64,000 nucleotides of DNA from Macrostomum lignano (GCA_002269645.1 NIVC01002114.1:62001-126000), one strand, 5' to 3'; shown: positions 12,160 through 24,055, numbered from the stretch's first letter. Notes: generated by a model from the letters alone, not told the origin. Translations and numbers: made by a program.

Positions 12160-15100
12160 CACTACTACTACGAGCGTACTATAGGTTTTGTCAGCCTAAC
12201 TGAGAATAAAGCCATCCAAAGTGAGAATCCTGCCTACACTGACTGCGAAGGGCCTGGCTGCGTGCAGCCTTAGTCTATGGGCCATAGACTATAAAGGATA
12301 AGCAAAGTGATAAAAAGCCATCCAATGTGAGAATCCTGCCTACGCTGAATACGAAGGCCTAGCTGCGTCCAGCCTAGTCTATGAGCCACAGACTATAAAG
12401 GACAAGCAAAGTGTGTTCCTGTTTCCGTTATTCCGTTCAAGCTATTGGCTAGTCATATGGCTCAGAAGGTATAAAAATAAAAGAATACAACGCATAGACC
12501 AATCGATTCTCACATTGGATGGCTTTTTATCACTTTGCTTGTCCTTTATTGTCTATGGCCCATAGACTAAGGCTGCACGCAGCCAGGCCCTTCGCAGTCA
12601 GCGTAGGCAGGATTCTCATTTTCGGTGGCTTTATTCTCAGTTAGGCTGACAAAAGCAATACTACTCTACTACTACTACAAGATTTATTTCAACTAGAAAC
12701 CTACAACAATAACTAAAGACTTGTGTAAATCTTATTTCAACCTTCAGCTGTACATCACGCATACATTATCAATAAAAAATCAAGAATTAACAGTCACCAA
12801 CCTGCACAGTTCCCTGCCAACCTTCGGGCGACTGTTTAGCCGCAAACACCAGCATAGCGGGGAACATAAGGCCAAACGAAAGGCCGTGCAGACAGTTCAC
12901 TGGCAGCAACAGCCAGCAGTTTGGCACCAGGCTGGTGAGCAGGAAGCGAAGAGCGAATGCCAGAAAGCCGATCACAAAACAGGCCGGCTCGCCGATGCGG
13001 CTAACGATGCAGCCTGAGAGGGCGAACAGGGGCGCCTCCACCAGCACCTGGGGGGTTGGGGTGGCGGGGCTGCTCAGTAACCAATACTGGGATTTCTGGT
13101 AGTGGGGATTCAAATCAGGAGATTTCTGGTAATGAAGATTCTAATCTGGGGATTTCTGGTAGTGGGGATTCTAATCTGGAGATTTCTGGTAGTGGGGATT
13201 CTAATCTGGAGATTTCTGGTAGTGGGGATTCGAATCTGGGGATTTCTAGTAGTGAGGATTCTAATCAGGGGATTTCTGGTAGTGAGGATTCTAATCAGGG
13301 GATTTCTGGTAGTGGGGATTCGAATCTGGGGATTTCTAGTAGTGAGGATTCTAATCTGGGGATTTCTGGTAATGAGGATTTCAATCTGTGGATTTGTAGT
13401 CTGTGCCATCTCATTAAGGGATTTCGGAGACTGTGCATCTCAATCCGCTCACCTGCACAGCAAACATGATTCCAAAGAAGTACAGCGGCGGATCAAACAT
13501 GGTGCGCAGCATGACAGCAAGAAAAGATTCAAAAATGCCAAAGGCAGCTCCGGAAAGCAGAACGAGAATGTAGAAGATTCCGATTCTCCAGGACAGACAC
13601 ATCAGAGGCAGCGCTTTTAGTGGATTCAGGGTGCGAGTCGATGTTGGCACCTGGCAATTAATATGAAGCACGAGACTGATCTAGGTATTTAAATTGGACT
13701 AATATGACCTTGTGCATAAATCCACTCAAGTACAGAAATTAGAACGATGGTCAACCTCTTCCAATGGCACCGTACACAGTGATGGTTGTTAATTAATGAG
13801 GCCTAATTAGTGTAATATACAAGGAGTTAATTAATTAGGTCTAACTAATGCAATTAGCAAGAGGTTAATTAATGAGGATAATTAGTGCCATTCAAGGTGC
13901 TAATAATGAGGATAATTAGTGCAATTCAAGATGCTAATGAATGAGGATAATTAGTGCAATTCAAGGTGCTAATTAATGAGGATAATTAGTGCAATTCAAA
14001 GTGCTAATTAATGAGGATAATTAGTGCAATTCAAGGTGCTCATTAATGAAGATAATTATTGCAATTCAAGTTGCTCATTAATGAGGATAATTAGAGCAAT
14101 TCAAGTTGCTAATTAATGAGGATAATTATTGCAATTCAAGTTGCTCATTAATGAGGATAATTAGAGCAATTCAAGTTGCTAATTAATGAGGATAATTATT
14201 GCAATTCAAGTTGCTCATTAATGAGGATAATTAGAGCAATTCAAGTTGCTAATTAATGAGGATAATTATTGCAATTCAAGTTGCTCATTAATGAGGATAA
14301 CTAATACAATTCAAGTTGCTCATTAATGAGGATAATTAGTGCAATTCAAGTTGCTCATTAATGAGGATAATTAGAGCAATCCAAGGTGCTAATTAATGAG
14401 GATAATTAATGCAATTCAAGTTGCTCATTAATGAGGATAATTAGTGCCAGTCAATGATAATTAATGGGGCCTTATAAAGTGTAATATGTGCTAATTACTG
14501 ACAAAATTAAGTTGTCATGTAAGCTTCAATGAGAAGTGAGAACCAACTTACAACTACGATAGTACGAGCTACAATGTAACTACAAGACCCAGGCATTATT
14601 ACTCTAACAACAGCACGTAAGTAAATAAAAAAAAACACAAAAACTAATGCAACATCCAACTACAAACCTTCAGGGTGACAGTTACAGCTGCAGCCACGGC
14701 TAGCAATACTGTAGCAAGAATAAACGAAGCTGTATAGTCGGTGCGAAAGCTCCAAGCCATGCTATAGCCATACAAGGCAAAACCAGTTAGCAGGGCGGTA
14801 ATGAAAATACCAAAACTGCCATACATTCGAGTCCAACCATAGTCGCTAGGCTTAGGGCCCAGTAGTGAGAATGTGACAGCATCCAGCAGGCAAAGCAATG
14901 GAGAATAGCCAGCCAAGCCAATTGTCTTCAGCACTAGCGCCAGTAGAAAGTTGACATTCCAATTTGACTTGGCTTTACTACTGCTATTAGTCAGTTGGCA
15001 AGCTTTGCATATTAATTTACTATTGTTGCTAACAAATTTGGCACTATAATTATACAATGCTGGTTCATAAAGAATGCACTGTTTGTCCGACTCCAACCCG

Positions 15101-15579
15101 AGAAAGTTCAACCGAGCGATGATGCCGCTATCAAGTCTGTCCTTGGAGGCTGATTTACAATTGCATAGACTTATTGGCGCTTGATAATAACTGTTATTAG
15201 TCATTGAATCAGTTGCTAGGCACAAGCTAGCATAGCCAGTATCATTATAGCTAGCATTGACAATGCTAAAAGTTTCATTGTAGACAGCAGCTTGCAATGG
15301 CTGGGGCAACAGTAGCATCCCATTGAAACCAGCAGCTGACAACAGCATAAGTGCCAGCAGTACTGGCCGATAGGCTTGATAATGGTCAGCCACAGCGCCA
15401 CAGACTGGGCGCATTAGAAATCCAACAATATAACCAACTGTGTCAATTAGTCCAAGCTCAAACTCGTTAATACCTCGCTGCATTAGGAACATGTTCAAGT
15501 ACATTATTAGGCTGGACACTATACTAAGAAATAGAAAGTATAATATTTTTGGCTTGATAAGATCCTTGTTGATCAGCAT
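11571..15579 (-). CDS. MFSD6: MFSD6-like major facilitator superfamily transporter, 559 aa; exons 15579-14668, 13650-13453, 13047-12802, 11894-11571
   Basis: N-terminal INKDLIKPKILYFLF...GAVADHY, a large Cys-containing luminal loop, then DAVTFSLLG, YGWTRMYGSFG, LHGLSFGL and QGLVSGLYFGVGQALG, all typical of the MFSD6 (MFS_1_like) family. All three introns are GT-AG, phase 0, and join into one open frame ending in TAG. The symbol is a family-level call. Confidence 0.92.
12053..12171. repeat. (TAC)n microsatellite in MFS intron 3
   Basis: Seen directly, with CAC interruptions. Confidence 0.97.
12186..12654. mobile_element. Foldback/MITE-like element with 150-bp inverted arms
   Basis: 12186-12335 is the near-perfect reverse complement of 12505-12654. 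There is an internal 106-bp tandem duplication and an AGTCTATGGGCCATAGACT near-palindrome at 12272-12290. No clear TSD. Confidence 0.8.
13089..13397. repeat. 30-bp minisatellite (GGGATTTCTGGTAGTGGGGATTCTAATCTG) filling MFS intron 2
   Basis: About 10 copies seen directly. Confidence 0.95.
13790..14455. repeat. 35-bp AT-rich minisatellite (AATTAATGAGGATAATTAGTGCAATTCAAGGTGCT) in MFS intron 1
   Basis: About 19 copies seen directly. Confidence 0.95.
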
Positions 15580-16844
15580 TTTGATTGGCTTAGATTACTG
15601 ATTATGATAGCATGCATCAAATTAATTGGGTCTTATAATTGAATATTTTGAGCATAGTATGAAATTAAACCCAAGTAAGATAGTATAACAACAAGATAAG
15701 TCACATATTTATTATAATATAAATTTAAACCAGAAAATATATTTTAAGTTATTGCTAATAAAAATTAGCAAACTAGGCCTACAAATATTTAGCTACGAGT
15801 ATAACCTAGGGTTAATGGCCCCATCAACTTAATTTTATCTAAGCATTATCAATAATTTAATACTTATTAATAATCTGTATGATTTTAAGACTACAATCAA
15901 TCGATTAATCAACCTACTTAAAGACTTAAGTCTGGCCCCTAAATAAAGATGGTCCCCATTGGGAATGGTTATGTTTCTATGATGTCATTTGCTTATTGTA
16001 GAAAGGTTCAAAAAATTCTCAAAATCACATTGTATTATACAAAAAACTTTATATATGTTGCCATTAATACTTTTGTTGCAACTTCAATAAAAATAAGCTA
16101 AATTGGTCAAAGTGTAACACTAATTAAGCTAGTAGCTAAGTCATTTATTGAGATAATATAGATGACAATGATAACTACTTTGCAAATATCTGCATTTCAA
16201 ATTCAATGTTTTATATATTGGATAAGTAGATCAATTCCATTATATATAGTCGATTTTGCTTTGTATATTTAGGTGCATATGCACACATATTTTTTCTCAT
16301 ATTTACGAGTATAAGGGTTTGTAAGCATTGCTAACTACAATTTTGCTACATGGGAACAATTTTTAAAGCTTATTGGCATAGTTGCCAAGTGTCTTGGTTG
16401 CAAATTCTATTGCAAGCTTTTAGTTGATCAAAAATCTTTAACCAAGATCAATCAAAACTTGATTTATCACTGTGTCTCTATGCTTTAACAGTAAAACTAC
16501 TAAGAGGGGGGGAATTCTCTCCCTTGACAATTTTTTGCTGCGCTGGAACAGAGCAATGCAGGCACACAAAATTCAAGAACATGGCTAACTTTTGTTGCAC
16601 ACCTTCTCAAACAAGAATCAAGTCACCAGCCTTCTGGACTATTGAGATATTTGACAATTCTGCCAGAAGGTCAGATTTTTCCCATAAGCGCTAGTGTATT
16701 TAGTACACCCCTGTGTGCCAATCAGCACTGCACCTTAGTGCAGCCTTGCCAAGTCTCTAAATTTCATTAGCACGTCAACCACATATGTCTGCATCAGTTC
16801 TGACTTTGTTAGTCACTGGCCTTCACCCAGGTATAGCTTCTGAA

Positions 16845-17115
16845 CCCTCAACAGATGGCACCAGATGACTATAGACAGTCTGATAAGAATTTCTTTAGTT
16901 TTGCCGATCAAGCCTTGACAGTGGGCAAGAATCAACCACCAGACATTCTCAGCTAGTCTCTCAAGCATTCCATCATTATCCCAATGCCGTCGGCTCCTTC
17001 AACAGATTGCACTAGGTGACTATGGACAGCCTGATAAGAATTTCTCTAGTTTCGTTGATCAAGCCTCGACAGTGGGCAAAAATCAACTGCTAGACATCCT
17101 CAGCTAGTCAGTCAA
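16845..17115. repeat. Degenerate 151-bp direct duplication (2 copies)
   Basis: GACTATRGACAG.CTGATAAGAATTTC...CAGTGGGCAA.AATCAAC begins at 16867 and 17018. Confidence 0.75.
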
Positions 17116-17184
17116 GCAGTCAGCCATCACCCGGACGCCATTGGCTGTCAGAAAAATTTCATTGCTCTAGTGACCAGAGGATTT

Positions 17185-17648
17185 CATACATCAGAAAAAC
17201 TAAGTGACACTTATATACACTAGGGTCAAGGAGCACTGAACCAAAAGATCTACTATATAGGAGCACCTTCTCATATGCAACTCATGCTGTAACAACAAAC
17301 CAATTGTTTTATTTAAAATTATCAATCGATTCCTGACCGCTGGGTTTTTTTTTCGTCCATAAATTGGATGCAATTTCACACCCTGTGCTAGATTTCAGGG
17401 TGCAATTTTCAAGACCAGGATGCGCTGCACTGCTGCAGACACTAAATTGTAAAATCTGCATCACATCCTTGCAAAAATTCCGGTGCACTTTTCACACCCT
17501 GAGTAAAATTTCAGGGTGTGATTTTTAAGACCAGCATGCTATTTGCACCCATTTGCACAAAAAAACCCAGCCTGACTGCCATGAGCACACTTTGAACATC
17601 TTAGAGGCTATGTACATCAAAGATCAGAACCTGAGCCTAAACTGCTAG
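17185..17648 (+). mobile_element. Decayed Penelope-like element fragment (GIY-YIG endonuclease C-terminus), interrupted by a MITE
   Basis: Translates as YTRVKEH*TKRSTI*EHLLICNSC...FKII (from 17216) and, after the MITE, EHTLNILEAMYIKDQNLSLNC* (17583-17648). This matches the Penelope GIY-YIG end pattern RxKEH...EH...C...LxILEAxYI...LN. Contains stops and a frameshift. Confidence 0.6.
17338..17570. mobile_element. MITE with CTGGGTTTTTTT termini and a duplicated CCTGAC target
   Basis: CTGGGTTTTTTT at 17340 and AAAAAAACCCAG ending at 17570; CCTGAC at 17332-17337 and 17571-17576; internal direct repeat (ATTTCAGGG(G)TG..ATTTT.AAGACCAG). Confidence 0.65.
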
Positions 17649-18539
17649 CTACTATAGGGGTGCCAGCCATACATGCGCAACAATCAGCCGAGTCGGCCAA
17701 TCCGGCTGACCGATTTAGCAGCCAATCAAGAAAGTCGCAAAAATGCTCACCCGAAAAAATCCCAAGTAGTATTACTAAGTAGCTGATAAGGCATTTTGAC
17801 CTAATAAGACAGTTATAGTTACTCCTGCCGTTTACCCAAAGTTGCATTAATTTTGCTTTAAGGTTTTTATTATATGTAAGTCGCATTTTTGTTAAAACTA
17901 AGTTGCATGGCCAACCAAATTTTGCAGGTTGTGCATGTATGGTGCCAGCCACCAACTCAGCATGTTTTAGCTTGGAGTGTACGCTATTGCACCATGTGTT
18001 AGAACTTGTTTCAATTGAAAACTATGTACATTATTTTATATTGTGTATTCAACTTATTACAGGTATATTTATTCAACTGTTTAAAAAAATTTTCAATTTC
18101 ATTACTGCCTTGAAGGTTCAAAATGCATAGGCAATTAAATTAAAGTAGGGCCTAAATAAAAACAAGTTAATGTTTGTTCTCTCATTCATTTTATTCCTTT
18201 TATTAAGCAAGCTAGGGCCTACTTTACCAATCTTAATCTTCAACTAAGGGTTTATTTATTTTGACATAATTATATAAAATTTTGAGTCTTAAAGTTAATC
18301 CTAAATGGTATTATGCACTTTTTATTTTAAGTTAGTCTAGGCCTACTTTTATGAATGTCAATATTTAACTAGCCCTTAATAGGTTTGAAATTTGATTAAT
18401 TTTTGGCTAGGCCTATATTAATAAGTTTGCTCTATAAGATAAAGCAAATTATTTCATTCAAACTTGACACAATTTTTTATTGAATAATTCAATTCATAGT
18501 TGTTTAACCAAATACCATATTCAATTTGTGTATTAATAG

Positions 18540-19314
18540 CCCTGCTGTCCTCAACTATTGAGGGCGCCCAACATTAGCTGGACAGGCTAGTTGCTATTGC
18601 AGCAAATGTCGACCTAGTGCTCAACAAGTAGAAGACCATTGTGCTCTGCATGTTGGACGACATTGAGGCTGCAATATTCTGCCAAGGCACTGATGGGCAG
18701 ACGATCGAGCTCCCGCAATTTCAGCAGCTCGTATACCTTGGTGGTCTGGTTCCAAACACTTGCAAGGACCTACGATACTGCCGCAGGCTTGCCTAGGCTC
18801 TTTCACTTTATGAGGGCAGTCCTGCAGTCTGAGGCCCTACTGGACTGCCAGAGGGCAGCACTGTTCCAGGTGGTAATCAAGACTGTCCTGCTCTACAATG
18901 CTGAGACCTAGATGCTGACTGACTCACTTGAACAGCAAGTCAATATGGCACACGCTGGCCTGCTGCGCGCCACTTTCAACATCAATGTCAAGCGAGTCAA
19001 CAATGCGGCACTCTATCGCCACGCTGGCCTGCCACATCCAAGCGATTTACTGTGCTGTTGACGACTTCAGCTTGCAGGCCACCTCATCTGCGCCAAGTTG
19101 TATTGCCCACAGGCCACAGCCAGTGCAGGTGCTGCTGCTCAGTGCTCACTCACGCTGCAGGCACTTTACCAGCGAGGTCAAGCGCAAACTCGGCATTACA
19201 TTGACTGTCTGCTGGCTGACGCTGGCTCCCCGGACACTGCCAGTGGCGCAGCCTTTGTTTGCGCCCTGTGACACTGAATTTTGCCACCCTGACAGCGTAT
19301 TATGTTGTTGTTGT
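18540..19314 (+). mobile_element. Old 5'-truncated RTE-like non-LTR retrotransposon copy
   Basis: Degenerate YLGG...MRAVLQSEAL...LFQVVIKTVLLYNAET*...RLQLAGHLI, homologous to the 29-kb copy; (TTG)n tail at about 19303-19316; 11-bp TSD TGTATTAATAG at 18529-18539 and 19315-19325. Confidence 0.88.
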
Positions 19315-20612
19315 TGTATTAATAGTATATTAGAGTCCTGGGTTTATTTTTTGTGCACAGGGTGTGCGTATGCACCCTAAATTTTAAAATCGCACCCTAG
19401 GCCTAAATTTTAAAATTGAAAAGTGGATGCGATTTAGGTGCGGTCTTATAACCTATTTTTCCATTAAAGCCACATTCACAGCCTTAAAATAAGAAAAAAG
19501 AGAAATTGCACTTTTAGCCTTAAAATCGCACCATGAAAGAGAGCATAAGGTCCGATTTTGCACCTTGTCTCTGGCGAAAAAGAAAACCCTGTTAGAGTCC
19601 AACCAAGATCTCGATCTTGAAATTTCGAGCCTCGTGCCTCGGCCTTTTTGTGTCATTTTGAGAAATTCTTAAAATTTCAAAAATGAGCTTCTAAAGAATT
19701 CAAGAACAATCGAGCAAGATTAAAGTCAATACAAAAAATGTAAAAAAAATATTGTAAAGCGCCAAATAAGAAAACAAATAATGCATAGTTAGCACTTATT
19801 TGTTTGCCAGTGTACTAATGGCTTTTTCTATTAAAATACGTTAACATTTTCTTTCTAGGAAACAGATTCAAATACAAGTTTTACGGAATTTTTTAATGGG
19901 AGCGCAGCTTTTTTGTGTTTTCGTGTTTTTTGTGTTTGTGTTTTTTACAAAAAGGTTCTAGCACATGGCGCAATTAAACTATTTTGATAGGATTTGTTCT
20001 GGCATAGGCGGCTATGATTCTGACCATGGCTTACCCGGTAGGCCATTACTAAAATTCAACCTAGATAGATAGATTTATGTATCTTACAAGTGGCATACAA
20101 TGGCATAGGCCTAAGCCAGAGTTAGTGGCTTACTTCTGCATATTGCTGCATATATATTATTGTGAAGGCACATTTGAGCTATTTGTTTTGTACTATTATC
20201 TACTTACTTATAGTATTGGTGTGATGTATAATGTGGTGGCCTCAAGAATAATCGGTGAAGGCAAATAAATATGGCAATTTTTTTTTAGCAGTAGCACTTG
20301 GCAATGCCAATAATTGCAGCTAATGCAAGCATTGGCCGCCAACTTTGTTTATTGTAACGTTTGTTATTGTCAACAGAGACAGTTCATAGTTACGAACCCA
20401 ACTAGGCCTAGTTGGGTTCGTAACAATGCATTGGCCACTACACTAACATCTTATCTAACAATGAGTTAGATAAGATAGGCCTAGTAGAAGGCAGAGTGGG
20501 TCGATGCATTAAGGCAGTGCCAATGAGATGATGGCAGTGAATGTACAGTGGCGGTGCTCATATTGAGAGCTCGAATAAACAGTAAGGTTGGCATGACTAA
20601 GAGTGGCAGAGG

Positions 20613-21496
20613 CAGTGTTGGGCACCAGTCCGTTAATAAGTGTTAATCGATTAATAAGCGTTAATAAGCGTTAAGAGTTTTCATTAACATTAACGGACTG
20701 TTGTTAAGATTTTTTTGAACTAACGGATTAATGAATTTGCATTAAAATTTTTGTGAATTAACAATAAATTCATCGTTAATGGTAGTGTCTATGTCAATGA
20801 CCAAAGACGCAAAGAAGGAATAAAAAATAGAAGTCTTACAAAAAGTTTAAACATTACAAACGTATTTGAGCCTACCTATATGCCTAAATATAATCTCTTT
20901 ATTTATGATAATGATCATACAAACGTACATGTAATAACAACTTCTTACAAATAAACTTTAAAATAATGAATTAAAAATAGTGTGAAACTTTATTTCTTGC
21001 GCGTGAGCATCGATCGCTTTGATTCACTTTTGTCCCAATCTTTTGCAACTTTCTGCTGCGCCTGCTAATGGTATTGAAACAACCTTCCTATGCATATTTA
21101 ATTATGAATTTCTTGCTATTAGCTTTTAAGTTTCAAATAAAATCAGTTACTTTTTTACCATATGCTTTACTTTTAGTAGTATAATGCATGCAAGTTTATA
21201 AAATGATTATTTATTACTTTTTTAGCTTTCAAATCGCTTAGATGACCTCTGTGTTTAGCTAAAAAGATGGAATAGCAAAGACGTACAATACGAAGTCTGT
21301 TTTGGAAAAAAAAACGTGCAAGATTTCCGTATTTTCTGTGTTAACTTTAATGGATTAACGCTTATTAATGATTATCAGTTAACTTTCAATTAACTTAACG
21401 AAATTAGGAATTAAAAAGTTAAGATTTTTTTGTTTTAACACTAACGCTTTTGCTATTAATGGAAGTTAAGATTTTCATTAACAGTGCCCAACACTG
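20613..21496. mobile_element. Non-autonomous hAT-type DNA transposon, 884 bp
   Basis: 13-bp perfect TIR CAGTGTTGGGCAC (20613-20625) / GTGCCCAACACTG (21484-21496); perfect 8-bp TSD GGCAGAGG (20605-20612 and 21497-21504); many subterminal GTTAA/TTAAC motifs; no ORF. Confidence 0.92.
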
Positions 21497-23489
21497 GGCA
21501 GAGGCTTGGTCTAGAACCATGGCAGAGTGAGGCAGGAAGAGAAGGCAAACAAACAAGAGTGCCAGGGCAGCAAGGATCTATAGGCGGGGATGCAAAACCC
21601 AGTTAACCCTGAGCACACAGCCAGATAGACAGGACTTGATAAAGAGTGGGCTGGAGGTGGGCATACGAGGAGAACTTAGTATAACTGTATAATTGATGTG
21701 CGGCTTTTCTATTGGCTGGCTAGGAAAGACAGAAAACATAAATTATCAATCACACACTGTAGGCAGCTGATTAAAATTCTTTGGGCATTACTTTAAGCAG
21801 ATGTGAGAGTACAAAACCAACAATAGGCATAGTGCCTATTATACTAATTATAGATTGCTATCATATATCAAAACAGCCCTTGGCGGGGCTACTTAAACTG
21901 ACAACATCATAATAGGCCTAGGCTATATCTTTTTATACCTTATAAGTACTATTCTTTCTATACAAATTCACAATTACAATTTGATCTCCAATTCTCAATC
22001 TCAAATTTTTATAAAATTCTTGCTAAAAAATCTAATCTTGGTTGGACTCTATAGTCTAGTAAAAAAATACAGGACCTCATGTATGTTAGGACTATAAAAA
22101 GTTTTTGACAATATTTCCACTGTGTCATGTATAATGTTATGTCCACATAACATTTAATGTATAGGGATATCATAGAAAATGTCATATAGGTATTTTGTGT
22201 CTTATTGCAGATATGTAGGTGACCATTAAGGCCTATATTCCTAGCAATGTTTTAAATTATGCTTCTAATTCAAATTGTTATAAATTATACATACTAATAA
22301 TATAAAGATTAAAGTCTGACCCATGCTTGATATATTGGTATATCACTATATATGTAGCTTTCAACTTAATGGGTATAACCTATCATTCTTGCTTTTTCCA
22401 AATGTAAAACTGATTTAAAAATTATTCTATATACTTAATCAATGTAACATTACCTTGGCTTCTATAGAATAAATAGGCCCATTATAAAATTATATGAACT
22501 TCCAATTATAAAATAGAATCTACCAGTACAAATTACAAGTAAATTGGAAATAAAAATAACTAATTTGTTTATATTTAAGATTTATTAAGCAGCAAAAAAT
22601 AGCAAAGACTGTTACATTGGTAAATTAGGGAATCACCATCAAGTAAAAGCATTGGGATGCATTTATCATTAAGTAAAAGCAATTTATAGCTAATTCCAAA
22701 GGTATACTTGGAATTATTATTGTCTAAAATATAGAAATTTAGTGATCTTATTAAACTGGCATCAAAATTTGCTACAATGATTATAATATTTCTCAGGCAT
22801 TACTAAAATCAGAGTGTCATGGGTTACTCTCTAGTATTATAACTAGGTTAAAGTGTTTAACTTGGCTATAAGGGAAGTTGTGCAGAAGTACTCACCAAAT
22901 TATGCAATGCTACCTTAAATGATTGATGTTTTTGGCTGAAGTTTTGTGAATAGGCTGAAATGATATACAGTTAGCCTAGTTAGGTTTGTTCGAGATTTTA
23001 GTGCAGTATACCTGGTTAAGAGAGCACAGATACTAGAATAGCCAGATGGGCCACTTAGCACATTTGCATACAAGCTACTTTCAGTTTAGTAGAAAGTTGA
23101 ACAGAAGCATTTTAATGTATTTTTAAAGCCAAGGCTCATTTATTGGCTCTTCCCCCCTAGCTTAAACCCTCCCCCTGCCCCAATTTTTATTGCTTTTCTC
23201 AGAATTCTAGTTTAAAGCTGCCATGTACATTTGAGTGGACTGGCTAATGTATATTATTGCTGAACTAAAAATTAGCAAGTTGTTTACACCTGAAAGTTTG
23301 GGCCTCTAGTAAACTTATCAAAGTCATTTCAGCTGCCTTTATTTTTATTTTTACTTTATTTTTACAGCTTCTGTATTCTTCTTTGCTACTGAAATAAAAG
23401 TTGAAAGCTGTATTACTAAGTATATATGCCTGAGTGGCCCATCTTGTTATTTTAGTATCTGTGGTCCAGAGTTGCAAACCAATATAGAT

Positions 23490-23500
23490 TTGATTTACAG
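23490..23500 (+). promoter_or_regulatory. Candidate 3' splice acceptor upstream of the RPL28 ATG
   Basis: TTTGATTTACAG with AG at 23499-23500, 53 nt before the ATG. Confidence 0.4.
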
Positions 23501-23553
23501 TTCTTTACCATCATACCACATTGATGCCATCAGCACCCTAAATACTAGCAACA

Positions 23554-23943
23554 ATGGCCAGTTCAGCGCTGCAGTGGGAGCTAATCAAGGGTACCAGCTG
23601 TTTCTTAGTTAAGCGCGGTCGCAAACAATTCTCTACTGAACCGGGCAATCTGAAGTCGCGCAACTGTTTCAACTCCAACGGTTTAATTCATCGTAAAACT
23701 GTTGGCATTGAGCCTGGCGCCTCCGGGTCTGGCGTCACTCTGGTTCTGCGCAATAGCAAACGGGTTAATAAACCGTCGCGCGGCTATTCAAGGATCGCCA
23801 TCAAGAAGCAGGGCCCGAGGCCGACGTTGAACACAGTGAAACGAATCCTGCGCCAGCGTCGCTACCGTCGCGATCTGGAACTCGCAGCTCTGCGTCGGGC
23901 CTCTGCTCTGCTCCGATCGCAGGGTCGCAAAGTTGGAAAGTGA
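23554..23943 (+). CDS. RPL28: 60S ribosomal protein L28 (eL28), 129 aa, intronless CDS
   Basis: Hallmark segments LQW..I...S.FL.KR..., FSTEPGNLKSRNCF..NGLIHRKTVGIEP and YRRDL..AALRRASALLRSQ match the eL28 family. Confidence 0.97.
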   Translation: MASSALQWELIKGTSCFLVKRGRKQFSTEPGNLKSRNCFNSNGLIHRKTVGIEPGASGSGVTLVLRNSKRVNKPSRGYSRIAIKKQGPRPTLNTVKRILRQRRYRRDLELAALRRASALLRSQGRKVGK

Positions 23944-24049
23944 TGCAATTCGGCTGAGATGATGTCTATATGCTACTGTTAGTAGCTTCATTAGACCGTG
24001 TTTGCTTTGAATTATCAACTGGAATCTTTACTAAGTTAGTAAGACAGAA

Positions 24050-24055
24050 AATAAA
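24050..24055 (+). terminator. Candidate polyadenylation signal AATAAA for RPL28
   Basis: AATAAA about 105 nt after the stop, followed by a GT/T-rich tract near 24080-24100. Confidence 0.55.

Noticed and set aside
13056-13620. ISGSGDSNL and RILTTRNP repeat ORFs
   Set aside because: 30-bp intronic minisatellite, antisense to the MFS gene.
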